From an uncultured Bdellovibrio sp. (GTDB lineage: Bacteria; Bdellovibrionota; Bdellovibrionia; Bdellovibrionales; Bdellovibrionaceae), in contig CAWVRN010000008.1 in assembly GCA_963932905.1 (NCBI GenBank), forward strand, positions 1 to 64,000: a stretch of DNA of 64,000 bases. Reading direction: 5' to 3'. Of this stretch, positions 35,413 through 45,868 are shown piece after piece. Position numbers and translations under genes: made by a program. Position 1 is the stretch's first letter; every line of letters starts with the position of its first letter. The notes below the pieces were generated by a model. It made no database searches. It was not told the DNA's origin and was given only the letters and a program-made list of their open reading frames with translations.

Positions 35413-36832
35413 TTTTACCTTCTGGCATTTTCCTTGGCGGATATTCCTTCAGTTTTTCATCATCCAAGTCATATCGTTTAATATTTTATTTCTTGGTCTT
35501 TTCTTCACGCAACTAGGAACTATAAAATGGATTTCACTATTCTTTTTAGGTTCGGTTCTAGTTTCATTAACGACCGCATTCTTTTTCACTCAGCCGATTC
35601 ATCGCATTTACATGAAGATCTTAAAACTTTCGCACAAAAAAGCGATGCGTGAATGGCAACCTGAAGCCGACGATTTGACGGAAGAAGAAATCGGTGAATT
35701 TTCCGTATTGGAAAAAGGTTTAAATAAAATTCAGAAAAAATTAAAAAAGCGCAAAGAACAATTATACCGTGAACGAGAAGAAACTCAGGCATTTATGTCG
35801 TCGGTGCAAGAAGGCCTGGTTAGTATATCAACCAATGAAAAGATCACATTTTTTAATTCACGGTTTGCGACGCTGTTTTTAGATTCAGGGCAAATGAATC
35901 AAGAGCAAATTTTTCTGACCGATGTATTTCGTGATCCCGTCATTTACAATTCATTTCGGCGTGTTTTGGTAGAGGGTCAAGTAGTGAAACTGGAATTACA
36001 GATGGAAACCAAGCTGGATGTCAGTACTCGCCATTTTCTATTGTCGTTGAGTCCATTACGAAAAGGTAAGACAAATGAAATATATGGAATGATTGGAATT
36101 TTTCATGATATTTCTGATATTAAAAAGACCGATCAAATTCGAATCGACTTTGTCGGTAATGCGTCTCATGAACTGCGAACTCCTTTGACATCAATCAAAG
36201 GCTATATTGAAACTCTTAAGCAAGATTTTGAGGCGGGCAACACCGCTCAGGCAGGAAGTTTCCTGCAAATCATATCGCGTAATGTGGATCGATTGATTGA
36301 TCTAGTCACCGACTTATTGACCATTTCGACTTTAGAATCACATCAACAAGTGAAAACCGCCGTAGTTCACCCCATGCAGCTAAGTAACTTGGTCGTTTCT
36401 GATTTGATGATTTTAGCGCAAGCGAAAAATCACAAGATTTTTATAAATGTCGCAGTCGATTCTCTTCGTGGTGATGGTGAGAAAATTGATCAGGTATTAA
36501 GAAATTTAGTTACTAACGCCATTAAATATATCCCTGAAGGTAAAGAAATCCACATCTCTTGGGAATACGACAGTGACGGTGTCGTTGTTCTTAAAGTTCG
36601 TGATAATGGTCCTGGGATTCCAAAAGAACATCATGATCGTTTGTTTGAGCGGTTCTATCGCATCGATAAAGGTCGCTCTCGTGATCGCGGCGGCACAGGC
36701 TTGGGGTTGGCCATTGTTAAGCATATCGTGTTAGCTCATGGCGGTCGGGTTGAGTTAAGAAGCGAAATGGGCAAGGGTTCAGAATTTATTTGTTATTTTC
36801 CGCAGCCACAGGGGTTGGGAGCCCAAATCTAA
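35363..36832 (+). CDS. phoR: PhoR-like sensor histidine kinase (TM-HAMP-PAS-HisKA-HATPase); start uncertain
   Basis: FVGNASHELRTPLTSIKG, NLVTNAIKY, DNGPGI, FERFYRIDKGRSR, GGTGLGLAIVKH. Confidence 0.88.
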   Translation: MKQLGELVTGLRRNLISFTFWHFPWRIFLQFFIIQVISFNILFLGLFFTQLGTIKWISLFFLGSVLVSLTTAFFFTQPIHRIYMKILKLSHKKAMREWQPEADDLTEEEIGEFSVLEKGLNKIQKKLKKRKEQLYREREETQAFMSSVQEGLVSISTNEKITFFNSRFATLFLDSGQMNQEQIFLTDVFRDPVIYNSFRRVLVEGQVVKLELQMETKLDVSTRHFLLSLSPLRKGKTNEIYGMIGIFHDISDIKKTDQIRIDFVGNASHELRTPLTSIKGYIETLKQDFEAGNTAQAGSFLQIISRNVDRLIDLVTDLLTISTLESHQQVKTAVVHPMQLSNLVVSDLMILAQAKNHKIFINVAVDSLRGDGEKIDQVLRNLVTNAIKYIPEGKEIHISWEYDSDGVVVLKVRDNGPGIPKEHHDRLFERFYRIDKGRSRDRGGTGLGLAIVKHIVLAHGGRVELRSEMGKGSEFICYFPQPQGLGAQI

Positions 36833-36957
36833 AAAAATACCGATTTATTGTCTTGTTTAGTTTTATTCCCTTACTTTGAATCTTGGTAAGACGGGGATCT
36901 TCGTTGTGGAAGGACTTTTTAAAAAGTGGGGATTTTGTCCAGACGTAAGTCCAGGAT

Positions 36958-37221
36958 CTAATTCTTAAGTATTCTTGAAATTCTAAATTCTTTTAGAGAT
37001 TGGTAGCCATACGTCTTCTTTCTAAAGATCTCGACGATTTCTTCTTCTAGGTCAGTTAATACCTCTCTAAAGACTGGCTCTGGGATCGTATTCGACATTA
37101 ACAAGTATTTAACAAACTGATCGCGTACGCGTTTTACAAACTGAGAAGTCGTTTCGTTAAGATTCGACGAATCTCTTAGGTATGTAATGATCAACTCAAT
37201 TAGTACTTGTTTATCGTTCAT
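36958..37221 (-). CDS. Small hypothetical protein (87 aa)
   Basis: Clean helical ORF with matching sigma28-type promoter immediately upstream. Confidence 0.65.
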   Translation of the reverse strand: MNDKQVLIELIITYLRDSSNLNETTSQFVKRVRDQFVKYLLMSNTIPEPVFREVLTDLEEEIVEIFRKKTYGYQSLKEFRISRILKN

Positions 37222-37228
37222 ACTAAGA

Positions 37229-37255
37229 GTTTCGGATTTAGATTTTGAACCTTTA
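37229..37255 (-). promoter_or_regulatory. Putative sigma28 (FliA) promoter, leaderless
   Basis: TAAAGGTT-N11-TCCGAAAC, 7 nt before ATG at 37221. Confidence 0.7.
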
Positions 37256-37399
37256 AAGAAAAAAGGGCTTGTAAAAAATCAGAACAGAAATCAAGGAAAG
37301 TTTGATAGTTCAGTCAAAAGTTGTATCATTTTGAACGGGCCTAAACACGAAGGCCTAGTAGGTTTTTCGGGATTTCAAGAGAGTGGCAAAGGTGAGCTA

Positions 37400-38698
37400 G
37401 TGAAAAGTATGAATTTTCTAGAATTTCAGGGCGGGGTCGATCGACTTCGCAAGCTCATAGTTGGGGCGCAACTTCAGGATTTTAGTGTGCTCGAAAAAGA
37501 TTTGCTGCTTCTTTTTTACGCAAGTCGATCCTTTATTCTGCGCATATCCCTACGAACGCCACCCGTATTTTTTTTAGAATCATCGACTTACAAGTTAGAA
37601 AAAAAATCACAGAAAGTGCCACTGGGGTTGTTTTTAAGTAAACATTTTTTGCGAAAATCAGTTGTTGATGTGAAGTATTTAGAGCACTGGGGACGTAAAT
37701 TCGAGATTCATTTATCTGACGAAAGCGGAAATCCGTTGGTAATGGAAGTCATTTTAGTACCTGGTTTCCAAAACGTTGCTTTATCAGTGAAAGCCCTAGG
37801 GAAAACGAAAAATGTTTATTGGAATAAACCTCGTGAGTTGTCAGAATTTTCAGAGCAGAAAGCAGAGGTTGCTGATTTTCGTTCATTAGAAGTTATTCGA
37901 GAAGAGTGGTACGCGGAAAAAATTCCATCAGACAAAAAAGTTTCTGAGAGTGTTGCTCAAACCAAAGATGTCGATGCGGATTGGAAACTAGAAGTTCAAA
38001 AAAAAGTAAGAAAGAAAACGGAAGCCATCGAAAAGATAAAGCAACAAAATGCAGAAAATGAAGTCAGTGTGGCAATGCTGTATAAAATTGGCGAACTCTT
38101 GAAATACCAAACGGCAAACCAGTTGTCTGACCAGCATCAAGAATGGCTTCGCCAGTACCACCCTAAAAATATTGATCGTGAGCAAATCTTCAAAAAAGCA
38201 AAGACGTTGGCTGCAAAAAAAGATGGCATGTCGAACCGGATCGAGTTGTTGCTAAAGGAAATTGGCGAATTGACTTCGTCTTTGGATGGCCCGCCTCCTC
38301 AGCCGAAACATAAGATTTCGGCGATTAGCAAGGGTGACGTGGACACTCGCAAGTTTGAAGTTAACCCGAATGTCAGTTTGTACATGGGAAAAAATGCTAA
38401 GGATAACGTTGAACTTCTAAAAAGTTCGCAACCCTGGGAACTTTGGTTCCACTTGAAAGATTATCCCAGTGCGTATGCAATTACGCGCAGAAATAAATCG
38501 GTCACTGTAGGTCATGCTGAGCTGGTTAAGATGGCGGCTTGGTTTGCCAAAGAATGTTTCAAAAATCAAAAGGAGAAATCTCCACAACATATTGAAGTTA
38601 TTTATACGGAATGCCGCTTCGTGAAGCTGCTTAAGGGTGACAAATTGGGACGCGTGACTCACACAAACACAAAGACTTTGCGCGTATCAACCACGTAA
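37400..38698 (+). CDS. NFACT/RqcH (FbpA)-like protein with NFACT RNA-binding domain
   Basis: C-terminal MGKNAKDNVEL, WFHLKDYPSAY, EVIYTECRFV; central coiled coil; GTG start after AAGGTGA. Confidence 0.8.
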   Translation: MKSMNFLEFQGGVDRLRKLIVGAQLQDFSVLEKDLLLLFYASRSFILRISLRTPPVFFLESSTYKLEKKSQKVPLGLFLSKHFLRKSVVDVKYLEHWGRKFEIHLSDESGNPLVMEVILVPGFQNVALSVKALGKTKNVYWNKPRELSEFSEQKAEVADFRSLEVIREEWYAEKIPSDKKVSESVAQTKDVDADWKLEVQKKVRKKTEAIEKIKQQNAENEVSVAMLYKIGELLKYQTANQLSDQHQEWLRQYHPKNIDREQIFKKAKTLAAKKDGMSNRIELLLKEIGELTSSLDGPPPQPKHKISAISKGDVDTRKFEVNPNVSLYMGKNAKDNVELLKSSQPWELWFHLKDYPSAYAITRRNKSVTVGHAELVKMAAWFAKECFKNQKEKSPQHIEVIYTECRFVKLLKGDKLGRVTHTNTKTLRVSTT

Positions 38699-38772
38699 GC
38701 AACCTCTTGACTATGAAGTCAGGTATGAAGAAACTTTTTTATACGACTTCAAAGTATTAAGAGGAGTTCAAT

Positions 38773-39708
38773 GTGATAGAAGTAAAAAATTTGACTAAGG
38801 AATATGGTTCTTTGAAAGCAATCGACAATGTTTCTTTTTCTATCAAAAAGGGCGAAGTGGTTGGATTTCTGGGACCCAATGGAGCTGGTAAATCAACGAC
38901 GATGAAAATCATAACTGGGTTTATGGCTCCGTCGGATGGTTCAGCATCAGTCGCGGGATTTGATGTGTTTGAAAACCCGATCGAAGTGAAAAAACGCATT
39001 GGTTATTTGCCAGAAACCCCACCGGTCTATGCAGATCAATATGTATCGGAATATCTGCGGTACGTGGCTCAATTAAAAAAAGTTCCGAAAGATAAATTGA
39101 ATACGTATGTTGAGCGTGCAATTGAGAAAACCAATTTGGGCTCAGTAAAAAATCGCTTAATTCACCATCTATCAAAAGGTTTCAAACAACGCGTGGGTAT
39201 TGCTCAGGCTATAGTATCAGATCCTGAAGTTTTAATTCTGGATGAACCGACGGTTGGTTTAGACCCAAAACAAGTGGCTGAAATCCGTGATTTGATCAGT
39301 GAATTAAAAGGTCATCACACAATAATTTTATCCACTCATATTTTGCCGGAAGTTCAAGCTACATGCGAAAAAGTAGTCATTATTAGTAAAGGTAAAATTG
39401 TAGCGCAAGATACGATTGATAACTTGTCAAAATTAGAAAAAGGCCAAGGACGTATTTTTGTTCGTCTTAGAAAAGAAGTTTCAGATTTAAGAACAGTGAT
39501 TTCGGGAATCGATGAAGTCCTTAGCGTCGACGTAGGAACAACCAAAAAAGAATGGCGCATAGATTACAAGGGTGATGACGAAACGATTGATAAAGTCTCG
39601 TCAAGAATCGTCAGCAACGGCCTTGGGCTGATTGAATTGACACCATCACGCGTGGATTTAGAAGATGTCTTTTTGAAACTGACTTACGGAATGGAAAAAG
39701 GAGGATAG
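38773..39708 (+). CDS. ABC transporter ATP-binding protein (GldA-like)
   Basis: GPNGAGKST, LSKGFKQRVGIAQA, LDEPTVGLDP, STHIL. Confidence 0.93.
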   Translation: MIEVKNLTKEYGSLKAIDNVSFSIKKGEVVGFLGPNGAGKSTTMKIITGFMAPSDGSASVAGFDVFENPIEVKKRIGYLPETPPVYADQYVSEYLRYVAQLKKVPKDKLNTYVERAIEKTNLGSVKNRLIHHLSKGFKQRVGIAQAIVSDPEVLILDEPTVGLDPKQVAEIRDLISELKGHHTIILSTHILPEVQATCEKVVIISKGKIVAQDTIDNLSKLEKGQGRIFVRLRKEVSDLRTVISGIDEVLSVDVGTTKKEWRIDYKGDDETIDKVSSRIVSNGLGLIELTPSRVDLEDVFLKLTYGMEKGG

Positions 39709-39709
39709 T

Positions 39710-40480
39710 ATGTCGGGTATTATGACTATCGCATGGAAAGAATTTAAAGGATTTGCGAAAAGTCCTACTTTCTACATCATGCTAGCAATGTTAACTTTGA
39801 TTTTAAGTTTGCTTTTCACGATTCAATTGCAAAAGTTTTTTCAAGCCGGTAGCATGGCGATGATGCAGCCGGGGATGGGCGCGCAACTGAACATTCATTA
39901 TACAGTTTTTTTAAATCACTTACAGATTTTGAACCTACTTTTGATTTTTATTGTACCAGCAATTACAATGAGATTATTTGCGGAAGAGAAAAAACTAAGA
40001 ACATTTGATTTGCTTTTAACGTCACCATTGAAATCGTATGAAATCGTATTGGGGAAATATTTGGGCGCGTTGATGGCTTTGTTTGTAGTCTTTGCGATCG
40101 CGTTTGCATACCCACTTGGAACCGCACTGTTCGCTGACTTTAGCTGGGCTCCATTGATCATTGCGTTCTTTGGAATTTATTTGATCGCCGCCATTTATGC
40201 GGCAATGAACTTGTTCTGCTCAAGTCTGTCAGAAAGTATTTTGATTTCATACGTAATGGCCGCATTGTTGAATATTGCAGTATGGTTTGTTTCTCAAGGG
40301 GTAGAGTTTGCAGATTCGCAATGGGCGAGAAATATTCTAGAACATATTTCTCTTAGTTTCCATATATCTGGATTAATTGAAGGAACAATTAGAACTAATT
40401 CGCTGATTTACTTTTTCAGCGGTATTGGTCTGTTTCTATTTCTAAATGAACGCGTAGTCGAATCTCATCGCTGGAGGTAA
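39710..40480 (+). CDS. ABC-2 permease (GldF-like)
   Basis: IAWKEF...SP, PAITMRLFAEEKK, LLLTSP, IVLGKYLG; multi-TM. Confidence 0.88.
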   Translation: MSGIMTIAWKEFKGFAKSPTFYIMLAMLTLILSLLFTIQLQKFFQAGSMAMMQPGMGAQLNIHYTVFLNHLQILNLLLIFIVPAITMRLFAEEKKLRTFDLLLTSPLKSYEIVLGKYLGALMALFVVFAIAFAYPLGTALFADFSWAPLIIAFFGIYLIAAIYAAMNLFCSSLSESILISYVMAALLNIAVWFVSQGVEFADSQWARNILEHISLSFHISGLIEGTIRTNSLIYFFSGIGLFLFLNERVVESHRWR

Positions 40481-40482
40481 AT

Positions 40483-42003
40483 ATGAGCAAATTAGGGCAA
40501 CTGAGTTTATTATTTTCTGGGTTATCATTAGCGGCGTTCGGTATAACACGATTTTTCATTCGTGAATGGTATCCGTTTTACTGGGTAATCATTGGATTGG
40601 TTGTTTTCTTTTTGGCCGCAGCGTTTTTATTTGATCGTAAATTCTACACAGAATTTCTTTCAATGAAGACAACGAAGCATGGAATGAATATGGGCGTGAT
40701 GATCCTTTTGGTGTTTGCCATTATTTTCATGGTGAACTTCATTGGGGCTCGAAATGTTAAAACTTTCGATTTTTCACAAGCTAAAAGAAATACATTGTCT
40801 GAGCAAAGTATAAAACTGCTTAACAATTTAAAAGAGCCACTGAGAGTTCGTTTCTTTTATCATGAAAAAGAAAAAGAATCGGAAGAAAATCGTAGAGCTT
40901 TTCGTGAGTTAATTAGAAAATACCAAGATGTAACCAGCCAAATCAGTCTTGAGTTTGTAGAGGTTAATGAACGTCCCGATTTAGCGGAAGAATACGGAGT
41001 TAAGCAAGGTAAAGGCATTGTATTTATCGAGTACAACAAGAAAAAACAAAGTATCGAAAAAATTGATGAACAAGATCTGACTCAAGCTTTAATTCGTGTG
41101 ATGAGCGATAAATCTAAAAAGATATACTTTGTTGATGGCCATGGTGAGTTCTCGTTATCGGATACCAGCGGTGCAAAAGGACTTGGTCGATTGAAAACCG
41201 TTTTGGAATCTAAGAACTACCAAGTAGCTAATTTAACATTGGCTCAAACAGGGAAAGTTCCCGACGATGCAGATGCGGTTGCTATTGTAAATGCGGAACA
41301 AGGGTTTCTTGAGCATGAAATAAAAGCGTTAACTGAATATGCAAAGAACGGTGGAAATTTAATTTTGGGCCTAGAGCCGAAAAATAAATCGGGTTTAGAT
41401 GCTTGGGTTAAGAATTTCGGTTTAGAATTGCAAGGTGATTACTTGATCAGCGTAAGCAATACGCCACTACCCAAAGGGATTACGTTCGCGTTCCAATACT
41501 CAGGAACAAGTGAAATCACGAAGGCATTTCCAAAAAATCAAGTAGCACTGTTTTTCCTTCCGCAATCTATCAAAAAATTGCCATCGGCCCCTACAACAAT
41601 TACTTATGATGAGTTAGTGAAAGTCGGCCCTGCTGTTTCTGTTGTCGATATCAAAGCGGCCGTGCCTAAAGATGAAGGTAACTATACGTCTGTATATTAC
41701 GCTAAAGGAAAGCTGACCGCCGATAGTAGTAAAGAATTCCAATTAATCTTGTTTGGTGATGCCGATATTTTTACCAACGACTTGCTTGATGCGAATATGA
41801 ATAAAGACCTAGTGTCCAATTCATTTTCTCAGTTGGCAAAGGACGACAATTTAATCAGTATCAGTCCTAAGGAACTGACCAAAACTGAAATCGATCCGTC
41901 TCAATCCAAGCAAGCCTTTTTCTATTTTGGTATCGTGATCCCCTTGCCAATTATCATGTTCATTTCTGCTATCGTTATTTGGTATAGAAGGAGAAATGCG
42001 TAA
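40483..42003 (+). CDS. GldG-like ABC auxiliary component
   Basis: N-terminal TMs, TLSEQS, KIYFVDGHGE, LFGDADIF, C-terminal TM + WYRRR. Confidence 0.85.
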   Translation: MSKLGQLSLLFSGLSLAAFGITRFFIREWYPFYWVIIGLVVFFLAAAFLFDRKFYTEFLSMKTTKHGMNMGVMILLVFAIIFMVNFIGARNVKTFDFSQAKRNTLSEQSIKLLNNLKEPLRVRFFYHEKEKESEENRRAFRELIRKYQDVTSQISLEFVEVNERPDLAEEYGVKQGKGIVFIEYNKKKQSIEKIDEQDLTQALIRVMSDKSKKIYFVDGHGEFSLSDTSGAKGLGRLKTVLESKNYQVANLTLAQTGKVPDDADAVAIVNAEQGFLEHEIKALTEYAKNGGNLILGLEPKNKSGLDAWVKNFGLELQGDYLISVSNTPLPKGITFAFQYSGTSEITKAFPKNQVALFFLPQSIKKLPSAPTTITYDELVKVGPAVSVVDIKAAVPKDEGNYTSVYYAKGKLTADSSKEFQLILFGDADIFTNDLLDANMNKDLVSNSFSQLAKDDNLISISPKELTKTEIDPSQSKQAFFYFGIVIPLPIIMFISAIVIWYRRRNA

Positions 42004-43430
42004 TGAAAAAAAATAAAGCGACCTGGATATTATTGGGTGTTGTCGTCGTATTGTCGCTTTACACTTATTTTGGTGAGTACCAAGGTAAGGAAAAGGAAAA
42101 AGTTCGTGAGGAACAACAGGCTATTATCCTAAAAGGTATCAACGCGGATCAAGTGAACTTTATTGAGATAAACAATTTAGAACAAAAAATCACTTTAAGC
42201 CGCAGTAGCGATGGTTGGAGCGTGACAGCTCCAATCAAAGACTCTGCAGACAATGCCGATATTGAATCTTGGCTAAAGCAGTTAACAGAAGAAAAAACAA
42301 TGTCGGTTGCAGTCGAAGGCAATGATATAAAATGGCAGTATTTCGGATTTGACCAACCAGTTAAAACCATAACAGTAAAAACAAATTCAAATCAGCAGGT
42401 GACCGTTGAAGTTTCCGATAAGAAAAATTTTGAAGGTAATAGTTTCATTCGGTTCCCTGGCGAAAACAAAGTTATGGTGGGATCTTCCGGTTGGAGCACT
42501 TACGCAAGTAAGAAAGTATTTGATGTTCGAAATAAACACCTTTTCAGACATCAGTTATCCAATGTTCAGTCATTTCAAATCAAAAATAAATCCAACACCA
42601 TCGATATCCAAAATAAGGATGCAAAATGGATCACTCCGAAACAACCCAATTTAGCCTTAGATCAAAACGTAATTCGCGAGAATATTAATAAGATCAATGA
42701 ACTTAAAGCGATAGAGTTTGTGGCCGAGAATGAGGATGTGGCCCGACAAATCAAGAAATTGAATTTGGGTCCAAGTATTGCCACGATTGATGTAAAGTTG
42801 ACGGAAGGGAGTTGGACGGGACATTTCTACGAGGCCAAAGATAAAACCGTGTACGCTGAAGTAGTGAGCCGTCATTTACTGGTTAAAATTGGAAACGAAA
42901 TTATCACTCGTTTTTCCGGTATGAAATTAACTGATTTACTCGACTACAGATTGCCATTTGCAAGTTTTGATAAAACTAAGGTTGAAAAGTTCGCATATGA
43001 AACTACCTTAAAAAAAGCTTCGTTAGTAAAGAAAAATAGTGTTTGGGAATTGGATCCTGCCGATAGTGCTAACGAAGTTCAGCAGGATAAAGTATCTAGT
43101 TTGCTTGAAGTGATTAAAAATGTCGTGGCTAAAGAATACTTGGCGCCTAAAGCAGTTAAGAAAGATATTACAAAGCAAAAGATCGTTTTCAAAGACTCTT
43201 CCGATCAAGTGTATTTCGAATTACAGTTTTCTGAGGCGGAAACAAAAAAAATCAATAACGAAGAAAAAACATTCCGTTATGCAAAAACTAATCTTTACGA
43301 CGAACCATTTTTGCTAGACGAATCAGAATTTAATAAATTGAGTTTGAACGATATTATTAAAATCAAAGTTAATAACGAAGGCAAAGCACTTCCTGTTGAC
43401 GCTAAAAAAGAAGTTAAAAATGGCAAATGA
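42003..43430 (+). CDS. DUF4340-domain protein
   Basis: N-terminal TM anchor, repeated W..TAP...AD and YFGFDQP motifs; usual position after GldG. Confidence 0.75.
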   Translation: MKKNKATWILLGVVVVLSLYTYFGEYQGKEKEKVREEQQAIILKGINADQVNFIEINNLEQKITLSRSSDGWSVTAPIKDSADNADIESWLKQLTEEKTMSVAVEGNDIKWQYFGFDQPVKTITVKTNSNQQVTVEVSDKKNFEGNSFIRFPGENKVMVGSSGWSTYASKKVFDVRNKHLFRHQLSNVQSFQIKNKSNTIDIQNKDAKWITPKQPNLALDQNVIRENINKINELKAIEFVAENEDVARQIKKLNLGPSIATIDVKLTEGSWTGHFYEAKDKTVYAEVVSRHLLVKIGNEIITRFSGMKLTDLLDYRLPFASFDKTKVEKFAYETTLKKASLVKKNSVWELDPADSANEVQQDKVSSLLEVIKNVVAKEYLAPKAVKKDITKQKIVFKDSSDQVYFELQFSEAETKKINNEEKTFRYAKTNLYDEPFLLDESEFNKLSLNDIIKIKVNNEGKALPVDAKKEVKNGK

Positions 43431-44427
43431 AATTAAGATTTTTTCACCAACCCGCGTGGATTTGGCTGGCGGCACACTGGATATGTGGCCACTATTTAAC
43501 TTTGTAGGCGGCGCTAAAACAGTGAATGTAGCAATTGATATTTATTCGCAAGTAGAGTTGACCAAGCAGGCCGGTGCTGAAGTCACAATCGATTCCAGAG
43601 ATCTAAATTACACTAAGACTTTTGCCAGCTTGGATGCGTTGCTAGCTAGTGCTGATCCACAACTGACTCTTTATAAGCCAGTACTTGGTTTTTTTAGACC
43701 GGCTTCCGGTTTTAAACTAATGACGGCTTCCCAAAGCCCTGTGGGCGGAGGATTGGGTGGTAGTTCAAGTCTTGTTATTTCGATGATGAAGGCGTTTTAC
43801 AAAATGCAAGGCCAGGCGATTCCTACCAGTCATGAGGTTGTAGACATTGCTCATAATATGGAGGCTCAGATATTAAATACACCGACTGGAACGCAGGATT
43901 ATTACCCAGCATTTAGCGGTGGATTAAATATTTTGGATTACAGTGTGAAGGGAATTCAGCAAAAAGTAATTCCAATTAACAGCACGCCGTTAAAGGACTA
44001 TTTTCTTTTAATTTATACTGGAAAGGCACATCATTCGGGAATTAATAATTTTGAAGTGATGAAGTCGGCAGTGGCGAAGGATGCAAAAGTTTTATCAGCA
44101 CTGCACGGTTTAAAAGAGGTCGCGGCTAAGACGGCTCAGTATTGTCTTTCTAATGAATGGAACAAATTGCCTGATATTTTCGAACAGGAATATAAATTCC
44201 GAATTCAGCTTACAGAGAGTTTTTCAAGTCCTGAAATTCGTCAGATTAAAGAAATATCGCAGAAAACAGGGCAATCCCAGGTAAAAATTTGCGGCGCCGG
44301 AGGGGGCGGCTGCGTTCTTGTCTGGACAGCTCCGTCAGAGCGATCTAAAATTATAAAAGAATGTCAAACTCAGGGGTTTCAAATTTTGAATTCTCAACCA
44401 GTGGATCTGGCTTCCACAGATTCGTAG
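43420..44427 (+). CDS. GHMP family sugar kinase (HddA/galactokinase-like)
   Basis: SPTRVDLAGGTLD, PVGGGLGGSSS, GTQD, KICGAGGGG. Confidence 0.88.
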   Translation: MANEIKIFSPTRVDLAGGTLDMWPLFNFVGGAKTVNVAIDIYSQVELTKQAGAEVTIDSRDLNYTKTFASLDALLASADPQLTLYKPVLGFFRPASGFKLMTASQSPVGGGLGGSSSLVISMMKAFYKMQGQAIPTSHEVVDIAHNMEAQILNTPTGTQDYYPAFSGGLNILDYSVKGIQQKVIPINSTPLKDYFLLIYTGKAHHSGINNFEVMKSAVAKDAKVLSALHGLKEVAAKTAQYCLSNEWNKLPDIFEQEYKFRIQLTESFSSPEIRQIKEISQKTGQSQVKICGAGGGGCVLVWTAPSERSKIIKECQTQGFQILNSQPVDLASTDS

Positions 44428-45230
44428 GGCTGTCTTTGTCGGGAGGGAAGAACGACAAGGCGTGCGTCGCCGTGATCGAATACTTCCCTAAGTACCATAA
44501 AATTTTTCTAACTAAAATATACGATCGCATTGTCGGCGATTTAAATCATTCCGCCGATCAAAAAATCATCGAGATTTTAGAATCCTACAAAGATTCGATC
44601 GAATGTATTTCTGTCGATACCCCATTTCAGCAGCCATTGTGTTTAGATTGCAAATTAAAGTGCCCAGGCTATGAACTTTGCAAAGTCGATCACATCGTTT
44701 GGATGCGTAAACAAATTCAAAAAAAACAAAAAAAGAAAAAAGTAAAAAAGCAGTTTACGCCCTATACACAGAAGGCTGTTGAATTCATTGTAAATGATGA
44801 ACTGGAGGAAAACTTTCAACTACCTCACGCCATGGGCGCGAATTCAGCTCCGCTTTTGGCCCGCTGTATGTTTTTAAAACGACGTTTTGCTGGAAACTGG
44901 ATCGAAGTATTTCCAAAATTATCGGTTTGGCGCATAGGCCGTTCTATGAATATTTCTAAGTCTGATTTACGGTTTCATCGGCACTCGGTTTCTGGAAATG
45001 AAGTCCGCGAGAATATTTTAGAAGAGCTTGTCGAACATAAGTTAGCGTTTGTTTATGACCAGGACAAAAAGATAATGGTTCAGAACAATCACGCATTTGA
45101 AGCGTTTGTGTGCGCTTTAACGGGCTTTTTAAAATACTTTGATCAGACCGAGGTTCGCCCAAAAGATTTTCCAGAAAATGAAAGCTGGATCGATTTTCCT
45201 AAAGAGAAAATCAAATGGGATAAAGTTTAG
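44361..45230 (+). CDS. DUF429-like (RNase H-fold) hypothetical protein
   Basis: FVGLSLSG, ISVDTP, WIEVFP, HAFEAFVCA motifs. Confidence 0.65.
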   Translation: MSNSGVSNFEFSTSGSGFHRFVGLSLSGGKNDKACVAVIEYFPKYHKIFLTKIYDRIVGDLNHSADQKIIEILESYKDSIECISVDTPFQQPLCLDCKLKCPGYELCKVDHIVWMRKQIQKKQKKKKVKKQFTPYTQKAVEFIVNDELEENFQLPHAMGANSAPLLARCMFLKRRFAGNWIEVFPKLSVWRIGRSMNISKSDLRFHRHSVSGNEVRENILEELVEHKLAFVYDQDKKIMVQNNHAFEAFVCALTGFLKYFDQTEVRPKDFPENESWIDFPKEKIKWDKV

Positions 45231-45721
45231 AAGCACTGTTGATTGTCATCTATCAAATTATGTAATTTGGCTTCGATCGAAGCAGACTCCATTTTAGTAT
45301 CAATAAAAATCTTTTTATAGTTTTCCTTCAATGTCAAACCCACTTCTTGGGGTTTGCATTCAAGTATTGTCGATAAAGTATTAATTGTTTCGCCTTGGCC
45401 TTTGGCGGCCTCTGCAGACAATCGATCTTTATTGCTTTCGATAAATTCCGGCAAACTTTCAGCGTGATTAATTGTCGTTGGAATGGTGTCCATGCAGTTT
45501 GACGTACCAGAAGAAATACCAAATGCTTGCGACGACGTAATGTGATTTGAAGTGATGGCAATAAGTTGATTTTCTTTAGGTTCGAACATCATGGATCCAA
45601 AACCACAACCCGCAAAACCGAATCCACCAGTGCCTTTAAGCTGACCTTTTAGGCCATCATTTTGCACTTTAGCGAAAGTCACAGAAGTCAGGATTAACAC
45701 AGTCAGAATATGTATTTTCAT
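45227..45721 (-). CDS. DUF3015 family exported protein
   Basis: AGCGFGS, SQAFGISSGTSNC, EAAKGQGE...C. Confidence 0.8.
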   Translation of the reverse strand: MKIHILTVLILTSVTFAKVQNDGLKGQLKGTGGFGFAGCGFGSMMFEPKENQLIAITSNHITSSQAFGISSGTSNCMDTIPTTINHAESLPEFIESNKDRLSAEAAKGQGETINTLSTILECKPQEVGLTLKENYKKIFIDTKMESASIEAKLHNLIDDNQQCF

Positions 45722-45868
45722 GAATCACCTCTGAATAAAGGTAACTTTACTTTTCACTTGAATCAACCCAGGCCGATGGGCTGGATTCAGAATTTATACG
45801 CTTATCGTCAATCTTTATAGGTCTGGATAAGTTGAGTTATGTTTTTAAACTGTTAACCTGTAGATATC

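Noticed and set aside
37187..37399. N-terminal extension of the NFACT ORF
   Set aside because: Overlaps the opposite-strand gene and its promoter; GTG 37400 has an SD
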